The notes beneath the pieces are model-generated. The model made no database searches and was not told where the DNA came from. It saw nothing but the letters and a program-made list of their open reading frames with translations. DNA of 64,000 bases, from positions 1,984,001 to 2,048,000 of the forward strand of contig CAKKNE010000001.1 in NCBI GenBank assembly GCA_918797485.1, written 5' to 3'. Of the stretch, positions 27,577 to 37,336 are shown in pieces. The stretch comes from Pelagomonas calceolata (taxonomy: Eukaryota). Position 1 is the stretch's first letter; every line of letters begins with the position of its first letter. A program made the translations under genes and the position numbers.

Positions 27577-30039
27577 ATGATGAGCCGCAGCCACCGCGCC
27601 CGCGCCGTGCGGCCCGCCGAGAGCCCGGTGGAGGACCTCCGGAGGACGCACGACGCGTGGACGCGGGACCTGCTCGACAGGCTGCCGCACGATTCCGACT
27701 CCTCGGACGGCAACACACCGCCGCGCGCGCGGGCCACGCGGCACCGGTCGCCGACGAGAGACGCCCGCCGGGAGCCGCGGCATCGGGCGCCGGCACGAGC
27801 TGCACCCGAGGAGACGTCGGTCTCGACGGGGGCCCTCGAGCGGCAGATAGCGGGGCTGACCTCGGCGATTCAGATGCTCGTGGAGCAGCAGGCCGCGCAA
27901 CTCCATGGCCAGGAGAGGCTGCGTGCGGATATGGTGCAGATGCTGGCGCGGCAGCAGAACGTGGCCGCGGGCGAGGTTGTGCCGGACGCTCCAGAAACAG
28001 GACCGTCGAGCGCGGGGGCCTGGGACGGGCGCGACCACGCCGGCACGCTGCCGCGCCTCGCCGAGGAGCTGCCGTACAAGGACGGACTGCTCTCGTGGAC
28101 CGAGGAGAACGTGGGTGAGCTCTTCGCCTGCATCGCGTACAAGCACCTGACGAGCGTCGACGATGCGACCGATAACGAGGAGGCTGGTACGCAAGCGCAA
28201 GAGATTAAGGTAGCGGCGAGGAATGAGGGCATCGACGGACGGGCATTGTTGCATCTTACCATCGAAGACATGAAGCAGATAGGCGAAACGGCGGGTGTCG
28301 TCGCAGGCGGCGGCGAGTGCGCTCTGTCGCAGGTCGGGCACCGCATCTCCATCCTGAACTCGCTGGTCGCCTTCCGGGACGCGCACGCGCACGAGCCATG
28401 GGACCGGGTGAAGGAGCTCCCCCTGATAAGGAGCCAGGGTCTGGACCGCAATAAGGGCGCGGCCAAGCTGACGGAGCAGCTGTGCAAGACGTTCGGCGTC
28501 GACCAAATTCAGGGAGACAACGACGACAAGGCCCTCAAGGCCGCCATGGTGCACAGGTCCAGCAAGCCGAAGGCGTCGAAGGCCCCGGAGGTCATCGTGC
28601 CCGTCTTCGCCACTTTACTTGTCAAGAAGATCATCGAAGACACGGACGGGAACCTGAACTTGGTCGGCGCGTTCATCCAGCGGCCGCTCCTCTACGATTT
28701 GGCCTCGTTCGCGCGCACGTCGGGAAAGGAGACGTTGCCGTACTTCGACATGCGCATTAACGAGGGCGAGGCTCAGTCCGAGGACTGCTTCGATATGCGG
28801 CAGGTAGCGCGTGACATGAGCGAGGGGGCCCAGGCCGACGTGAGGACCAACCAGAAGGGCTACTTCGCGACCGCCGCTGCGAACTTTGTCACGACCCTGC
28901 CCCTCAAGCTGAACACGGCTTTCGGCGAGCCACCGTTCAAGATTGTGAGTGCCACGGTCTTGATTGAATTGACATCTTTCCTCGGGAAAAACGATGAGAA
29001 CGAGTTGTTTGAGCTGCGTCCGAGCTTCGTCGCCCACGCGTCGGATCTGCGGATGCTCTGTTCGGTACGGGACTGGTTGGAAGACTACAAGATGGACGAG
29101 AGTAGTAGCTGGAATTTTGTCACGATTATGCCTACCATCGAATACGAGTACGACGGCGGCAAGGGGAAGAAGTCGCTCTACGTGCCCAAATTACGCGTGA
29201 CGTTTTATCTTTACAAAATGGCAACGGGCAAGTTCGTCGCGATCCTCATGCCCATTGTCTTTGCTTTTGCCGCGAATACGTACAATATTCTGCGCTGCTT
29301 TAAGCAGGAAGGTACGGATTTTGCTGATTATCTGGCCAACAACGTCGCCCTCGGTCTCGCCGTCACTTTTGTCGTGCCGTATCTCCTCGAGGAGGCCGAA
29401 TCGCTTACAGTCTATTACTATATCATCTGGATATTCGGCTCGTTTTTATTATCGCTCACGGCCTACTTTTGGCACGAGCCCCTTGATCCGAACGGTAGGG
29501 GACCAAAGCGGAGCCAGATGACCTGGGCGCACCTCGTCATCATCTTTCAATGGGCGTCGCTGATCATACCATTCTATAATTGGACTCAGTACCATAGGGT
29601 AATGAAGAAGATCCGGTCGAACTGGACGGAGAAGAAGGACCTGCGCATGACCTTTCTGGGTCGGCCGGGCTCGGTCAGTGACTGGGAACAAAAGTATGTG
29701 AAAAAGAACGACACGGGCAAGGCCGCGAACAAGAAGGGCTCGCAGGACGTGCTCAACGATCTGCGGACCTTCGTCGTCAAAACCGGCGACCCGAAGAAAC
29801 CGAAGATTAAGCTCAACCCCGAAATCTTGAGCCACAATGCGCAGACGACGACCTACACCGAGGCGGGCCCCGCGCGCAAGGGCCGCTGCGAGCCCTGGCA
29901 GTTCGACGAGAGAAACCACTACATCTACTGCGGGCTCCACCGCAACTACTTCCAGGACAAAGACGTCGCGAAGGCCATCGACCACGACAAGCACAATGTG
30001 CCGTTCCAGCGAAAAAAGAACCACGAGCCAATAGGCTAA
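27577..30039 (+). CDS. SAM-domain + divergent Cys-less pLGIC-like 4-TM protein, copy 2 (tandem paralog)
   Basis: Collinear with 24568-27102 along its whole length: GTLPRLAEELPYKDGLLSW, EPPFKIVSATVLIELTSF, KKDLRMTFLGRPG, HYIYCGLHRNY. Confidence 0.7.
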   Translation: MMSRSHRARAVRPAESPVEDLRRTHDAWTRDLLDRLPHDSDSSDGNTPPRARATRHRSPTRDARREPRHRAPARAAPEETSVSTGALERQIAGLTSAIQMLVEQQAAQLHGQERLRADMVQMLARQQNVAAGEVVPDAPETGPSSAGAWDGRDHAGTLPRLAEELPYKDGLLSWTEENVGELFACIAYKHLTSVDDATDNEEAGTQAQEIKVAARNEGIDGRALLHLTIEDMKQIGETAGVVAGGGECALSQVGHRISILNSLVAFRDAHAHEPWDRVKELPLIRSQGLDRNKGAAKLTEQLCKTFGVDQIQGDNDDKALKAAMVHRSSKPKASKAPEVIVPVFATLLVKKIIEDTDGNLNLVGAFIQRPLLYDLASFARTSGKETLPYFDMRINEGEAQSEDCFDMRQVARDMSEGAQADVRTNQKGYFATAAANFVTTLPLKLNTAFGEPPFKIVSATVLIELTSFLGKNDENELFELRPSFVAHASDLRMLCSVRDWLEDYKMDESSSWNFVTIMPTIEYEYDGGKGKKSLYVPKLRVTFYLYKMATGKFVAILMPIVFAFAANTYNILRCFKQEGTDFADYLANNVALGLAVTFVVPYLLEEAESLTVYYYIIWIFGSFLLSLTAYFWHEPLDPNGRGPKRSQMTWAHLVIIFQWASLIIPFYNWTQYHRVMKKIRSNWTEKKDLRMTFLGRPGSVSDWEQKYVKKNDTGKAANKKGSQDVLNDLRTFVVKTGDPKKPKIKLNPEILSHNAQTTTYTEAGPARKGRCEPWQFDERNHYIYCGLHRNYFQDKDVAKAIDHDKHNVPFQRKKNHEPIG

Positions 30040-30069
30040 GTATTTTAAATCACACAATTTCACATTACG

Positions 30070-30723
30070 TCACACAATGCCCTCGTAGCCCCCCTTCGAC
30101 GCCGACGACGATACGCCGCAGCAGTCCGCGCAGCACAGCGGCAGGCACGAGCAGATGTAGTCGTGCGCGAACGGCACGTAGGACAGCGTATACCACATCA
30201 ACGCGAGCCACTGGATAAACAGCGACGCGAGGATGCAGCCGAAGCGCGCGCCGTCCGGCACTTGCGTCGCGAACGCGAAGAAGAGCGTCAGCGCCAACGC
30301 GAGGACATAAATAGTCGTCGAGACCCGTCGCTTCGGCGCGCACATCGTCTTCAGCTGCGCCGTCGGCCCGGCCATGAACATGGAGCCCAAAATGGCCACG
30401 ACGTTATCCAGCGTGTACGCGATGGCGAAGGGCGCCGCGTCGCCCCTCCAAATTAGCCGGCGCATCATGAAGGACGCAAAAAGCGCCAAGACAAAGGACG
30501 CCACCATGCACAGACAAAACCCGATCAACCGCGTCTGGTAACTGAGCGAGGGGCAGCAGGCCTCGTAGAGCTGCTCCTCCGCCGTCTTCGGCCGCAGGCC
30601 GAGGAGGCCTTCCGCCTCGAACTGCGCGTCGGACGCCTTCTGGCCCAGAGACGCGAGGCCGTCGCGCGCCCGGTCGGCGTAGGAGCGCGGCTTCGGCTCG
30701 CTACTACCGAAGAGGCGGCTCAT
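30070..30723 (-). CDS. SFT2: SFT2/Got1-family vesicle transport membrane protein
   Basis: LSYQTRLIGF, FAIAYTL, FMAGPTAQLKTM, QWLALMWYTLSYVPFA. Confidence 0.9.
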   Translation of the reverse strand: MSRLFGSSEPKPRSYADRARDGLASLGQKASDAQFEAEGLLGLRPKTAEEQLYEACCPSLSYQTRLIGFCLCMVASFVLALFASFMMRRLIWRGDAAPFAIAYTLDNVVAILGSMFMAGPTAQLKTMCAPKRRVSTTIYVLALALTLFFAFATQVPDGARFGCILASLFIQWLALMWYTLSYVPFAHDYICSCLPLCCADCCGVSSSASKGGYEGIV

Positions 30724-31148
30724 TTTTGTTCTACGTGACCGCTTCCTGTCGGCTCTCGCGCGTCGGTAGGCGTATGCAGCGCTCTATGTACCGCTTCCTG
30801 TCGGCTGCAGGCTCTCGCGCGACCAGAGGCGTACACAGCGCAGCGCCGGCGCTACGAGGCTGGCTCGTAGCTCGCTGTCCAGCCACGCAACTGTCAGGCA
30901 CGCGGCGGACCGAAACAGATAATGCGACGGTTGAATCAGAGGTGTTGGACGCGATCGCTTACGCAGCGGCCCGAGACGCGGCTTGGCTTGTGCCTGGATT
31001 TTTGCTATGTTGCTAGTGTGTTACCGCTAGCAGATACACGGTGGCGAAGCGTTCGGGGTCCGTACTACCTGGGGGTGGGTTCAATAAGTGGCTCTCTCTC
31101 TCTCGGCAGAAAGAAAAGGAAACATAGTGTAGGAAAACACAACACCAG

Positions 31149-32294
31149 CTAGCGCTGGGACATCTGCGACACGGCGCGCTGGAGCGCCGCGAGCGCCGCG
31201 GGGTCGAGGTCCTCGAGGGCCTCGCGCTTCGCGATCTCGGGCCGCGCGGCGCCGGCGCGCAGCGTCAGGACGCCCTCGTAGCCCGCGATGGCCGTCTGGA
31301 GCGCCGCCTCGCGCGCGGCCTTCTCGCCCGCGTCCACCTCCCTCAACTCGCGCGATGGCCCGCCGAGCAGCCGCGCGAGCTCGGCCTCGGCGAAGTCCGC
31401 ATCCACCCTTCCCGACGGGTCGCGGAGCCGCACGCGCAGCACGAAGCGGCCCTCGGCCGCGGAGAAGCCCCACTTGCGCATCGTCTCGACGTAGCACTGG
31501 ACGCGCGCCGTCCAGGGCGGCGTCAGCGTGGGGATCTGGGCGAGCGTCAGGAGCTCGCCGAAGCTCCGCTGGCGTTTGGGGGAGGGCGGCCGGATCGCCG
31601 GCTTCGGGCGCGCGGCTTTTGGGGGCTGCGGCCGCGGCGGTTGCGGCCTTGGTGGTTGCGGCCTTGGTGGTTGCGGCCGCGGTGGCACCGGGGCCGCGCG
31701 CGGCGCGGGCACCGGCGGCCGCGGGCTCGGGCGCGCCGGCACCGGTGGGCGCGGCGCCGGTGGGCGAGGCGCCGGCGCAACGCGCGGCGCGGGCGGCCCG
31801 CGCGGCGCCGCGGGCGCGGCCGGCGCGGCCGCCGGCGGGGCCGCCGCGGCCGCGGCCCGCGCCGCGAGGGCCTCCGCCTTGACGTGGCCCAGGCAGTCGA
31901 GCACGCGGCAGTTGTCCGGCCGCAGCAGCACGACGCCGCGCTGCACCGGCGCGTCCTTGACAAATATCTTTGCCCCCAGCTCGAGGCGGTCGACCCAGCC
32001 CTGGCAGACCGCGCCGACGTCGACCACCCCGTCCGTGAGCAGCGCCTTGACCGTCTTCGCGTGGCGCGGCGCTGGCTCGCCGACGTCGGCCACGGCCTCG
32101 ACCTGCAGGACCCAGGCGCCTCCCAGCGTGTCGCCGAGCGGCCGCGGCAGCGTCGCCGCCGTCGCCGCCTTTCTCAGATCGTGCGCCAGGAACTGGACGA
32201 AGACCTGTTCTTCGGTCGTGGCGCCGGCGCGCGCCGCCGCGTCGACCCAGCCCTGGTCGACGCGGATGCCTCTTCTTGCTAGGGCGGCGTGCAT
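31149..32294 (-). CDS. RMI1: RecQ-mediated genome instability protein 1
   Basis: N-terminal helical + OB domain (VLQVEAVADV, LLTDG, GAKIFVKDAPVQRGVVLLRPDNCRVL), a Pro-rich linker and a C-terminal OB (LRVRLRDPSGRVDADF...LLG). Confidence 0.8.
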   Translation of the reverse strand: MHAALARRGIRVDQGWVDAAARAGATTEEQVFVQFLAHDLRKAATAATLPRPLGDTLGGAWVLQVEAVADVGEPAPRHAKTVKALLTDGVVDVGAVCQGWVDRLELGAKIFVKDAPVQRGVVLLRPDNCRVLDCLGHVKAEALAARAAAAAAPPAAAPAAPAAPRGPPAPRVAPAPRPPAPRPPVPARPSPRPPVPAPRAAPVPPRPQPPRPQPPRPQPPRPQPPKAARPKPAIRPPSPKRQRSFGELLTLAQIPTLTPPWTARVQCYVETMRKWGFSAAEGRFVLRVRLRDPSGRVDADFAEAELARLLGGPSRELREVDAGEKAAREAALQTAIAGYEGVLTLRAGAARPEIAKREALEDLDPAALAALQRAVSQMSQR

Positions 32295-32670
32295 ACTGCT
32301 TACGCGGCGCGCATGCGTGGGCGCAGCGCTTGGAATCGTCTGTTCTTATGAGCGCTGCGACTCACAAGAGTGCTTGGCTGTATATTGCTCGCTCACGCGG
32401 GCGGTAGCACCAGGGAGGCGCCGAGGACCAGTTTGCAAGTTTGATCTCTGCCGCCGCGCACCGCCGCATGCGCAAGCGCTAGTTGTTCGCAGCAGGCACA
32501 AACAGTCTTCACGGCTGCTCTGCGGCTGCTGTGCCGCGACGCGCATTCCTGTACCGCCGCGTCGCGCGGCCGGAGTGCTAAAAAACCAGCAGGCGCACCA
32601 GCAGCCCTAAACGCAGCGCCGCGACCGCGCCGCCGCGACCGCGCCGCTGCGGCAGTGCGCCGCCGCCGCC

Positions 32671-35600
32671 ATGGACCCGCGCGCGCCGGCGAAGACGCCC
32701 CGCGCCCGCGCCGCGCCGCCACCGCCGACGCCGCTCGACGACGAGTTAATACAATGGGACGCGACGCCCCTCGAGGACGACGAATACGCGTCGAACCCCG
32801 CCTCTGATTTAGCGGGATTCGTCCACGCGCTGAGCGGCGACGAGCCCCACCATGATAGAAGGAGCTGCGGCCTCGCGAACATGCTCGGGTCCGAGGCCGA
32901 GACGGCGCCGCCCGACGAGCCGCCGCCGCCTTCCTGGGAAGACGGCCCGCGGCGGCGCGGCGCGTCGCGGCCGCCCCTCGCCGAGAACACGGTGCCGCTG
33001 AAGCGCGGCGCGCCGGCCGTATCTTCTCAAAGCCCGGCGCGCCGGCCGCCTCCCTCGAAAGTATCGCGCGCGTCGGACGCCGCGCTCGACGCGGCCTTCC
33101 TCGAGTTCGATTTGGCTGCGGCGGCGCCTCCATCGAAGCCCCCGCCGCCGCGGCCGCGGCCGCCGGCGCCCGCCGCGAGGCGACCTCCGGTGCCGGTGCC
33201 GGTGCCGCGACCGCCGGCGCCCGTCGCGAGACGTCTGCTGGCGCCCGTCGCGAGGCGACCGCCGGCGCCGCCGCGCCCGCTGCCGCCGCGGCCGCGGCCG
33301 CGCTCGCTCGAGGCGGCCTACGCGGGCGGCTTCCACCCGGGCGCGCAGGGCGAGGCGGCGCCGCGCGCTGTGCCGGCGCGGCCACCGGCGCCGCGGTCAC
33401 AAGGGCCGCGGGGACCGCCGGCGGTGCGAGGCCCGCCAGTGCCGCCAGCAGCGAGGCCGCCACGACCACCTGTGCCGCGAAGCCAGCCAGTGGCGCGAGG
33501 CCCGCCCCGGCCGGCGGCAGTAACCGCGCCGCCGCGGCCACCTGCACCCGCGCGGGACTCGCTCGACGCCGCGTTCCTCGCCTTCGACCTCCCCGCCGCG
33601 GCGCCGGCGCCGCGCGGCCCTCCTGCAACGCGCGGCCCACCGGTGCCGCGAGGCCCGCTGCGCGGCCCGCTGCCTCCGAGGCCGACCGCCGCGCCGCCGC
33701 GACCGCAACCGCAACCGCCACGCCCGGCGACCGGACCACGGACCTCGCTCGACGCGGCGCTCCTCGGCTTCGATTTGGATGGGGCCGTCGCCGAGGCCCG
33801 CGCCGCGGTACAAACGAAGCGGTGCCGGATCGTTAGTGTACAAGGCCGCGGCGACGCCCTCGTCACCGTCGACGGCGCCACGAAGCGCCTGCGATTGACG
33901 GGCGACTGGGCGCGCGCGGAGTTGCGGGCGGGCGCGCGCGGCCATCTGGTCCCTTGGGCGGCCGTCGGCGAGCCTTGTGTTACGCCTCAGACATTGCCGG
34001 ACGAAATCACCATCGACCAGGCGTCTCCTTATTTCTGGGTGGCGTGTCCCGAAATCTTTGTCTCTCCGACGGCGGTCGTCGCGGCGACGGCCTGCGAGAG
34101 AAGAGCGTGGCTCACGTCCACGGGAGGTTCATCGGGAGGCTCTTCCAAGCCTGCCGCCCTAGGCGCCGCGAAGCACGCCTGCTTTGAAAGAGTAGCGCGC
34201 GGTGAAAGGGACGCGGGTGGCATCGTCCGAGACGCGCTGTCGACGAAGGCTTCGGACTTCTTCGCGGCGGGCGTCGATGATAGGGACGCCCGAAAGGAGT
34301 GCGCGGCCTTCGTCCAGGGTGTGTTGCGGGATGAACAGCTCGTCCAGAGGATTAATAATGCAGCCACGGAGCAGCCTTTGTGGTCTTCGGCATTAGGTTT
34401 ATATGGCGTCGCCGACGCGGTCGTCGAGGATGCTGTTACCGGCAAAACACCGCTAGAACTGAAGACAGGAAAAGGCCACGTCGACCACGAGGCCCAGGCG
34501 GCTATATATGTTGCGATGCTACGAGGCCTGGATTCCAATTGGGCGCGCGGGTCCCACGGCAAAGCTGGACTATTAGTAAGGTACGGCGCCAAGGACCCGA
34601 AACCTCTCGTGACGTCGGTCCGATGCTCTCGGAGAGAACTCACGACCTTGTTGGCCGCGCGGAACGTGGTTGCCGCCGCGGTCGAAAGACACAGTGTGAG
34701 CGACGCCGACGATTTGAATGAGACAGCCCCATCAGTATTAGGGGATGGTCGGGGCGCCTGCGCGCGCTGCTACCAGAGCGAGGCCTGTGCGCTGCGGCAC
34801 TTTTGCGTCGAGGGCGGGTCTGCTGACACGTTTCTTGGTGTATCAAGGGACGAACGCGCGTCGAAGGCTGTAGATGCCTGGGCTTTTGTAGAGAAGCTCG
34901 ACGACGCCGCAAAAGACTACTACCGGAGGTGGTCCGCTTTGATCGACGTCGAGGCGGCGTCGGCGCCGCCGGACGGTGCTCGAGCCGTCGTCACGAAGCG
35001 CCCGGAGGAACGCCGGGGCGACGCCTGCGCTGTGCTACAGAAAGTCGGCGAAACATTGAGTGATGATGGTGTCGTGGTGGATTGTTCAGGTGCCTCGCCG
35101 TTTTCCGTCGGCGACTGCGTGCTGCTCAGCGCGGAGGGCGACTTGCCCACGATCCTCGCGCGGGGCGGCGTCGTTTCTGTCCAAGCAGACAAGCTCTCCA
35201 TTATTCTGAGAGGGTCCTCGGCGAAGCCATTGCCGAGTACTTTACGTGTGGACGGCGACGGCGGCGCTACTTCTTCTAGATCCCAAAAAGCCGCTCTGAC
35301 GGAGCTCCTGACGTCGGAAAACGACGTCCGCGACTTAATCATTGCCTTCCGGGAGCCGGTCTTTGATCAGCAACTCGGCCAGAAGTGGCTCGCGCGCGTT
35401 TTTGATGGTCAGGACTGGGCCCCACCTAGGTGGGGCGGACCTGGCACAGCAGCATCATTATTAGCGAGGGACTTTGGACAACTAAACGAGGAGCAGCGCA
35501 CATCAGTCCACCGGGCGCTGAGCGCGAAGGACTACTGCCTCGTGCGAGGGATGCCGGGCGCGGGAAAAACTCAAACCGCGGCGTTTCTCGTGCGAGCGTT

Positions 35601-36684
35601 GATCGCGGGCGGCAGTCGTGTCTTAGTTGCGTCGCATGCGCACGCGGCCGTGGACCATTTGCTGGAGAAGGTACTTGAGTCAGGTGTATCTAGACGATGT
35701 GTCGTGAGGGTCGCGTCGTCGTCGTCCTCTCGTCGAGTGGCATCATCATTGCGAGATCGGGTCGTACATGGAGACACCGTATCACAAATAAGAGCGCAAC
35801 TCGGTGCGGCGCGAGTCGTGGGTGCCACGTGTTTGTGCTGCGCGAGGGACGGCGTGTTACTGGCTGCAGCCCCGTTCGACGTCGTACTGGTCGACGAGGC
35901 GGCGCAGGTGCACCAGCTCCACGCCGTTGCCGCTTGCTTAAGGGCGGCGCGCTTCGTGTTGGTGGGAGACCCCCACCAGCTGGCTCCTGTGGTCCGATCG
36001 GCCTTTGGCCGGGAAAACGGCGCGTCCGAGTCGCTCTTCCAGCGCTTGGCATCAAAGCATCCGGCGGCGGTCGCGACGCTCCGAACGCAATATCGGATGA
36101 ACGCGCCGGTGATGGATTTGTGCAACGTTGTGCTACATGATGGGGATCGACGGAAGTCGTGGGCCACGGCCCAGCAACTCGTTTGTGGGTCCGACGAAGT
36201 CTCCAAGGCGCGGTTAGCTCTTAATGAAAGTAGTGAAGGCGGATGGGTCGCAGACGTGCTCAAGGAGCCCGTGTCGTTCGTTGATGTGCCTCCATCGTCG
36301 ACGCAGTCCGCGCGGAATACAAATGAAGCAACCGTCGTCGCAACATTGGTCGACGCCCTCCACGCCCGCGGCCTCGATCTACGAGAAGTGGCCGTCCTGA
36401 CGCCTTTTAGAGCTCAGCTCCGCGAACTGAAGCGCCTCCTCCCATCAGACGTCGAGCTCTCGACGGTCGACCGCTTCCAGGGCAAGGACGCGGCCTGCGT
36501 GCTCGTCTCGTTCGCGCGCGCGGACGCGTCGTCGGGATTGCTGGCGGACCCGCGGCGGCTGAACGTGGCGCTGTCGCGGGCGCGGCGCATGTTAATTCTC
36601 GTCGGCGCGCAGGAGGCGCTAGCTTCGGCGTCGCCGCTCTTCGCGCGGTTGGTGGGGGCGGTGCCGGTCGTCGTGGCGTCCTAG
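32671..36684 (+). CDS. DNA2: DNA2 nuclease/helicase
   Basis: SPTAV..ATACERR, GAAKH, LGLYGVADA, PLELKTG, HEAQ, CARCYQSEAC (Fe-S). SF1 helicase: GMPGAGKT, DEAAQ, VGDPHQL, QYRM, TVDRFQG, RLNVALSRAR. Confidence 0.93.
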   Translation: MDPRAPAKTPRARAAPPPPTPLDDELIQWDATPLEDDEYASNPASDLAGFVHALSGDEPHHDRRSCGLANMLGSEAETAPPDEPPPPSWEDGPRRRGASRPPLAENTVPLKRGAPAVSSQSPARRPPPSKVSRASDAALDAAFLEFDLAAAAPPSKPPPPRPRPPAPAARRPPVPVPVPRPPAPVARRLLAPVARRPPAPPRPLPPRPRPRSLEAAYAGGFHPGAQGEAAPRAVPARPPAPRSQGPRGPPAVRGPPVPPAARPPRPPVPRSQPVARGPPRPAAVTAPPRPPAPARDSLDAAFLAFDLPAAAPAPRGPPATRGPPVPRGPLRGPLPPRPTAAPPRPQPQPPRPATGPRTSLDAALLGFDLDGAVAEARAAVQTKRCRIVSVQGRGDALVTVDGATKRLRLTGDWARAELRAGARGHLVPWAAVGEPCVTPQTLPDEITIDQASPYFWVACPEIFVSPTAVVAATACERRAWLTSTGGSSGGSSKPAALGAAKHACFERVARGERDAGGIVRDALSTKASDFFAAGVDDRDARKECAAFVQGVLRDEQLVQRINNAATEQPLWSSALGLYGVADAVVEDAVTGKTPLELKTGKGHVDHEAQAAIYVAMLRGLDSNWARGSHGKAGLLVRYGAKDPKPLVTSVRCSRRELTTLLAARNVVAAAVERHSVSDADDLNETAPSVLGDGRGACARCYQSEACALRHFCVEGGSADTFLGVSRDERASKAVDAWAFVEKLDDAAKDYYRRWSALIDVEAASAPPDGARAVVTKRPEERRGDACAVLQKVGETLSDDGVVVDCSGASPFSVGDCVLLSAEGDLPTILARGGVVSVQADKLSIILRGSSAKPLPSTLRVDGDGGATSSRSQKAALTELLTSENDVRDLIIAFREPVFDQQLGQKWLARVFDGQDWAPPRWGGPGTAASLLARDFGQLNEEQRTSVHRALSAKDYCLVRGMPGAGKTQTAAFLVRALIAGGSRVLVASHAHAAVDHLLEKVLESGVSRRCVVRVASSSSSRRVASSLRDRVVHGDTVSQIRAQLGAARVVGATCLCCARDGVLLAAAPFDVVLVDEAAQVHQLHAVAACLRAARFVLVGDPHQLAPVVRSAFGRENGASESLFQRLASKHPAAVATLRTQYRMNAPVMDLCNVVLHDGDRRKSWATAQQLVCGSDEVSKARLALNESSEGGWVADVLKEPVSFVDVPPSSTQSARNTNEATVVATLVDALHARGLDLREVAVLTPFRAQLRELKRLLPSDVELSTVDRFQGKDAACVLVSFARADASSGLLADPRRLNVALSRARRMLILVGAQEALASASPLFARLVGAVPVVVAS

Positions 36685-36737
36685 TGTCGTTGTTTAAGAT
36701 CCAAGAGTCGTTTACAAGGAGTGATCCCCGCGCGTGA

Positions 36738-36760
36738 GCTAGCGGCCTAAGACACTAGCA
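36738..36760. promoter_or_regulatory. CTAG pseudo-palindromic intergenic element
   Basis: GCTAGCGGCCTAAGACACTAGCA, upstream of the 36854 ORF. Confidence 0.6.
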
Positions 36761-36853
36761 AGCAAGCAGAGGCAAGGCGGGCGCCCATCTCGTCAGTGCA
36801 GGCTTCAAAAGCCAAGTCCGCGGGCCCAGGCCTTCGTCATCAAGGCCTCCTTC

Positions 36854-37333
36854 ATGTGGCGAGAGATGCGATCCGGGCGACGCGATGCCGCACCGGTAGC
36901 CTGGATTGTGTTGTTGGTGTCCTGGTTGCATTGCGCTGCACTACGACCAGCACTGCGACCAACAAGAACCGCGTTGCACGCGAGACGCCCGAAAACTGCA
37001 GACGAGTGGCGCGAGTGGCGACGGAAGGAAAGCGTTAGCGCGCGCAAGCCGGCCGACGACGAGCTCGCGCGGCGCGCGCAGCGCTGGGCAGAAGCGGTCG
37101 GTGCGGACGCCTCGACGCTCGACGGGCTGCCGGAAGCGCGACGACGCGAGTTCCTCGACGAGTTCGAGCGCGACCTTCCCAAGAACGACCCCGCGCCGCG
37201 GAACGCCCCCGTGGAAGATGCATCAGAAATCAACGTCGACTGGGAGCGGCGCGTCCAGTTCGACGCGCTGCGCGACGGCAACGCGCTGAGGCAGAACGAC
37301 GTGTTGAACAAAGCGATCCGATCAGATAAATAA
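36854..37333 (+). CDS. Small hypothetical protein with signal-like N-terminus
   Basis: Hydrophobic AWIVLLVSWLHCAAL, then a charged body ending FDALRDGNALRQNDVL. Confidence 0.55.
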   Translation: MWREMRSGRRDAAPVAWIVLLVSWLHCAALRPALRPTRTALHARRPKTADEWREWRRKESVSARKPADDELARRAQRWAEAVGADASTLDGLPEARRREFLDEFERDLPKNDPAPRNAPVEDASEINVDWERRVQFDALRDGNALRQNDVLNKAIRSDK

Positions 37334-37336
37334 TGT

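Noticed and set aside
34060..34800. Cas4-like Fe-S nuclease motifs
   Set aside because: They are the nuclease domain of DNA2, fused to its SF1 helicase.
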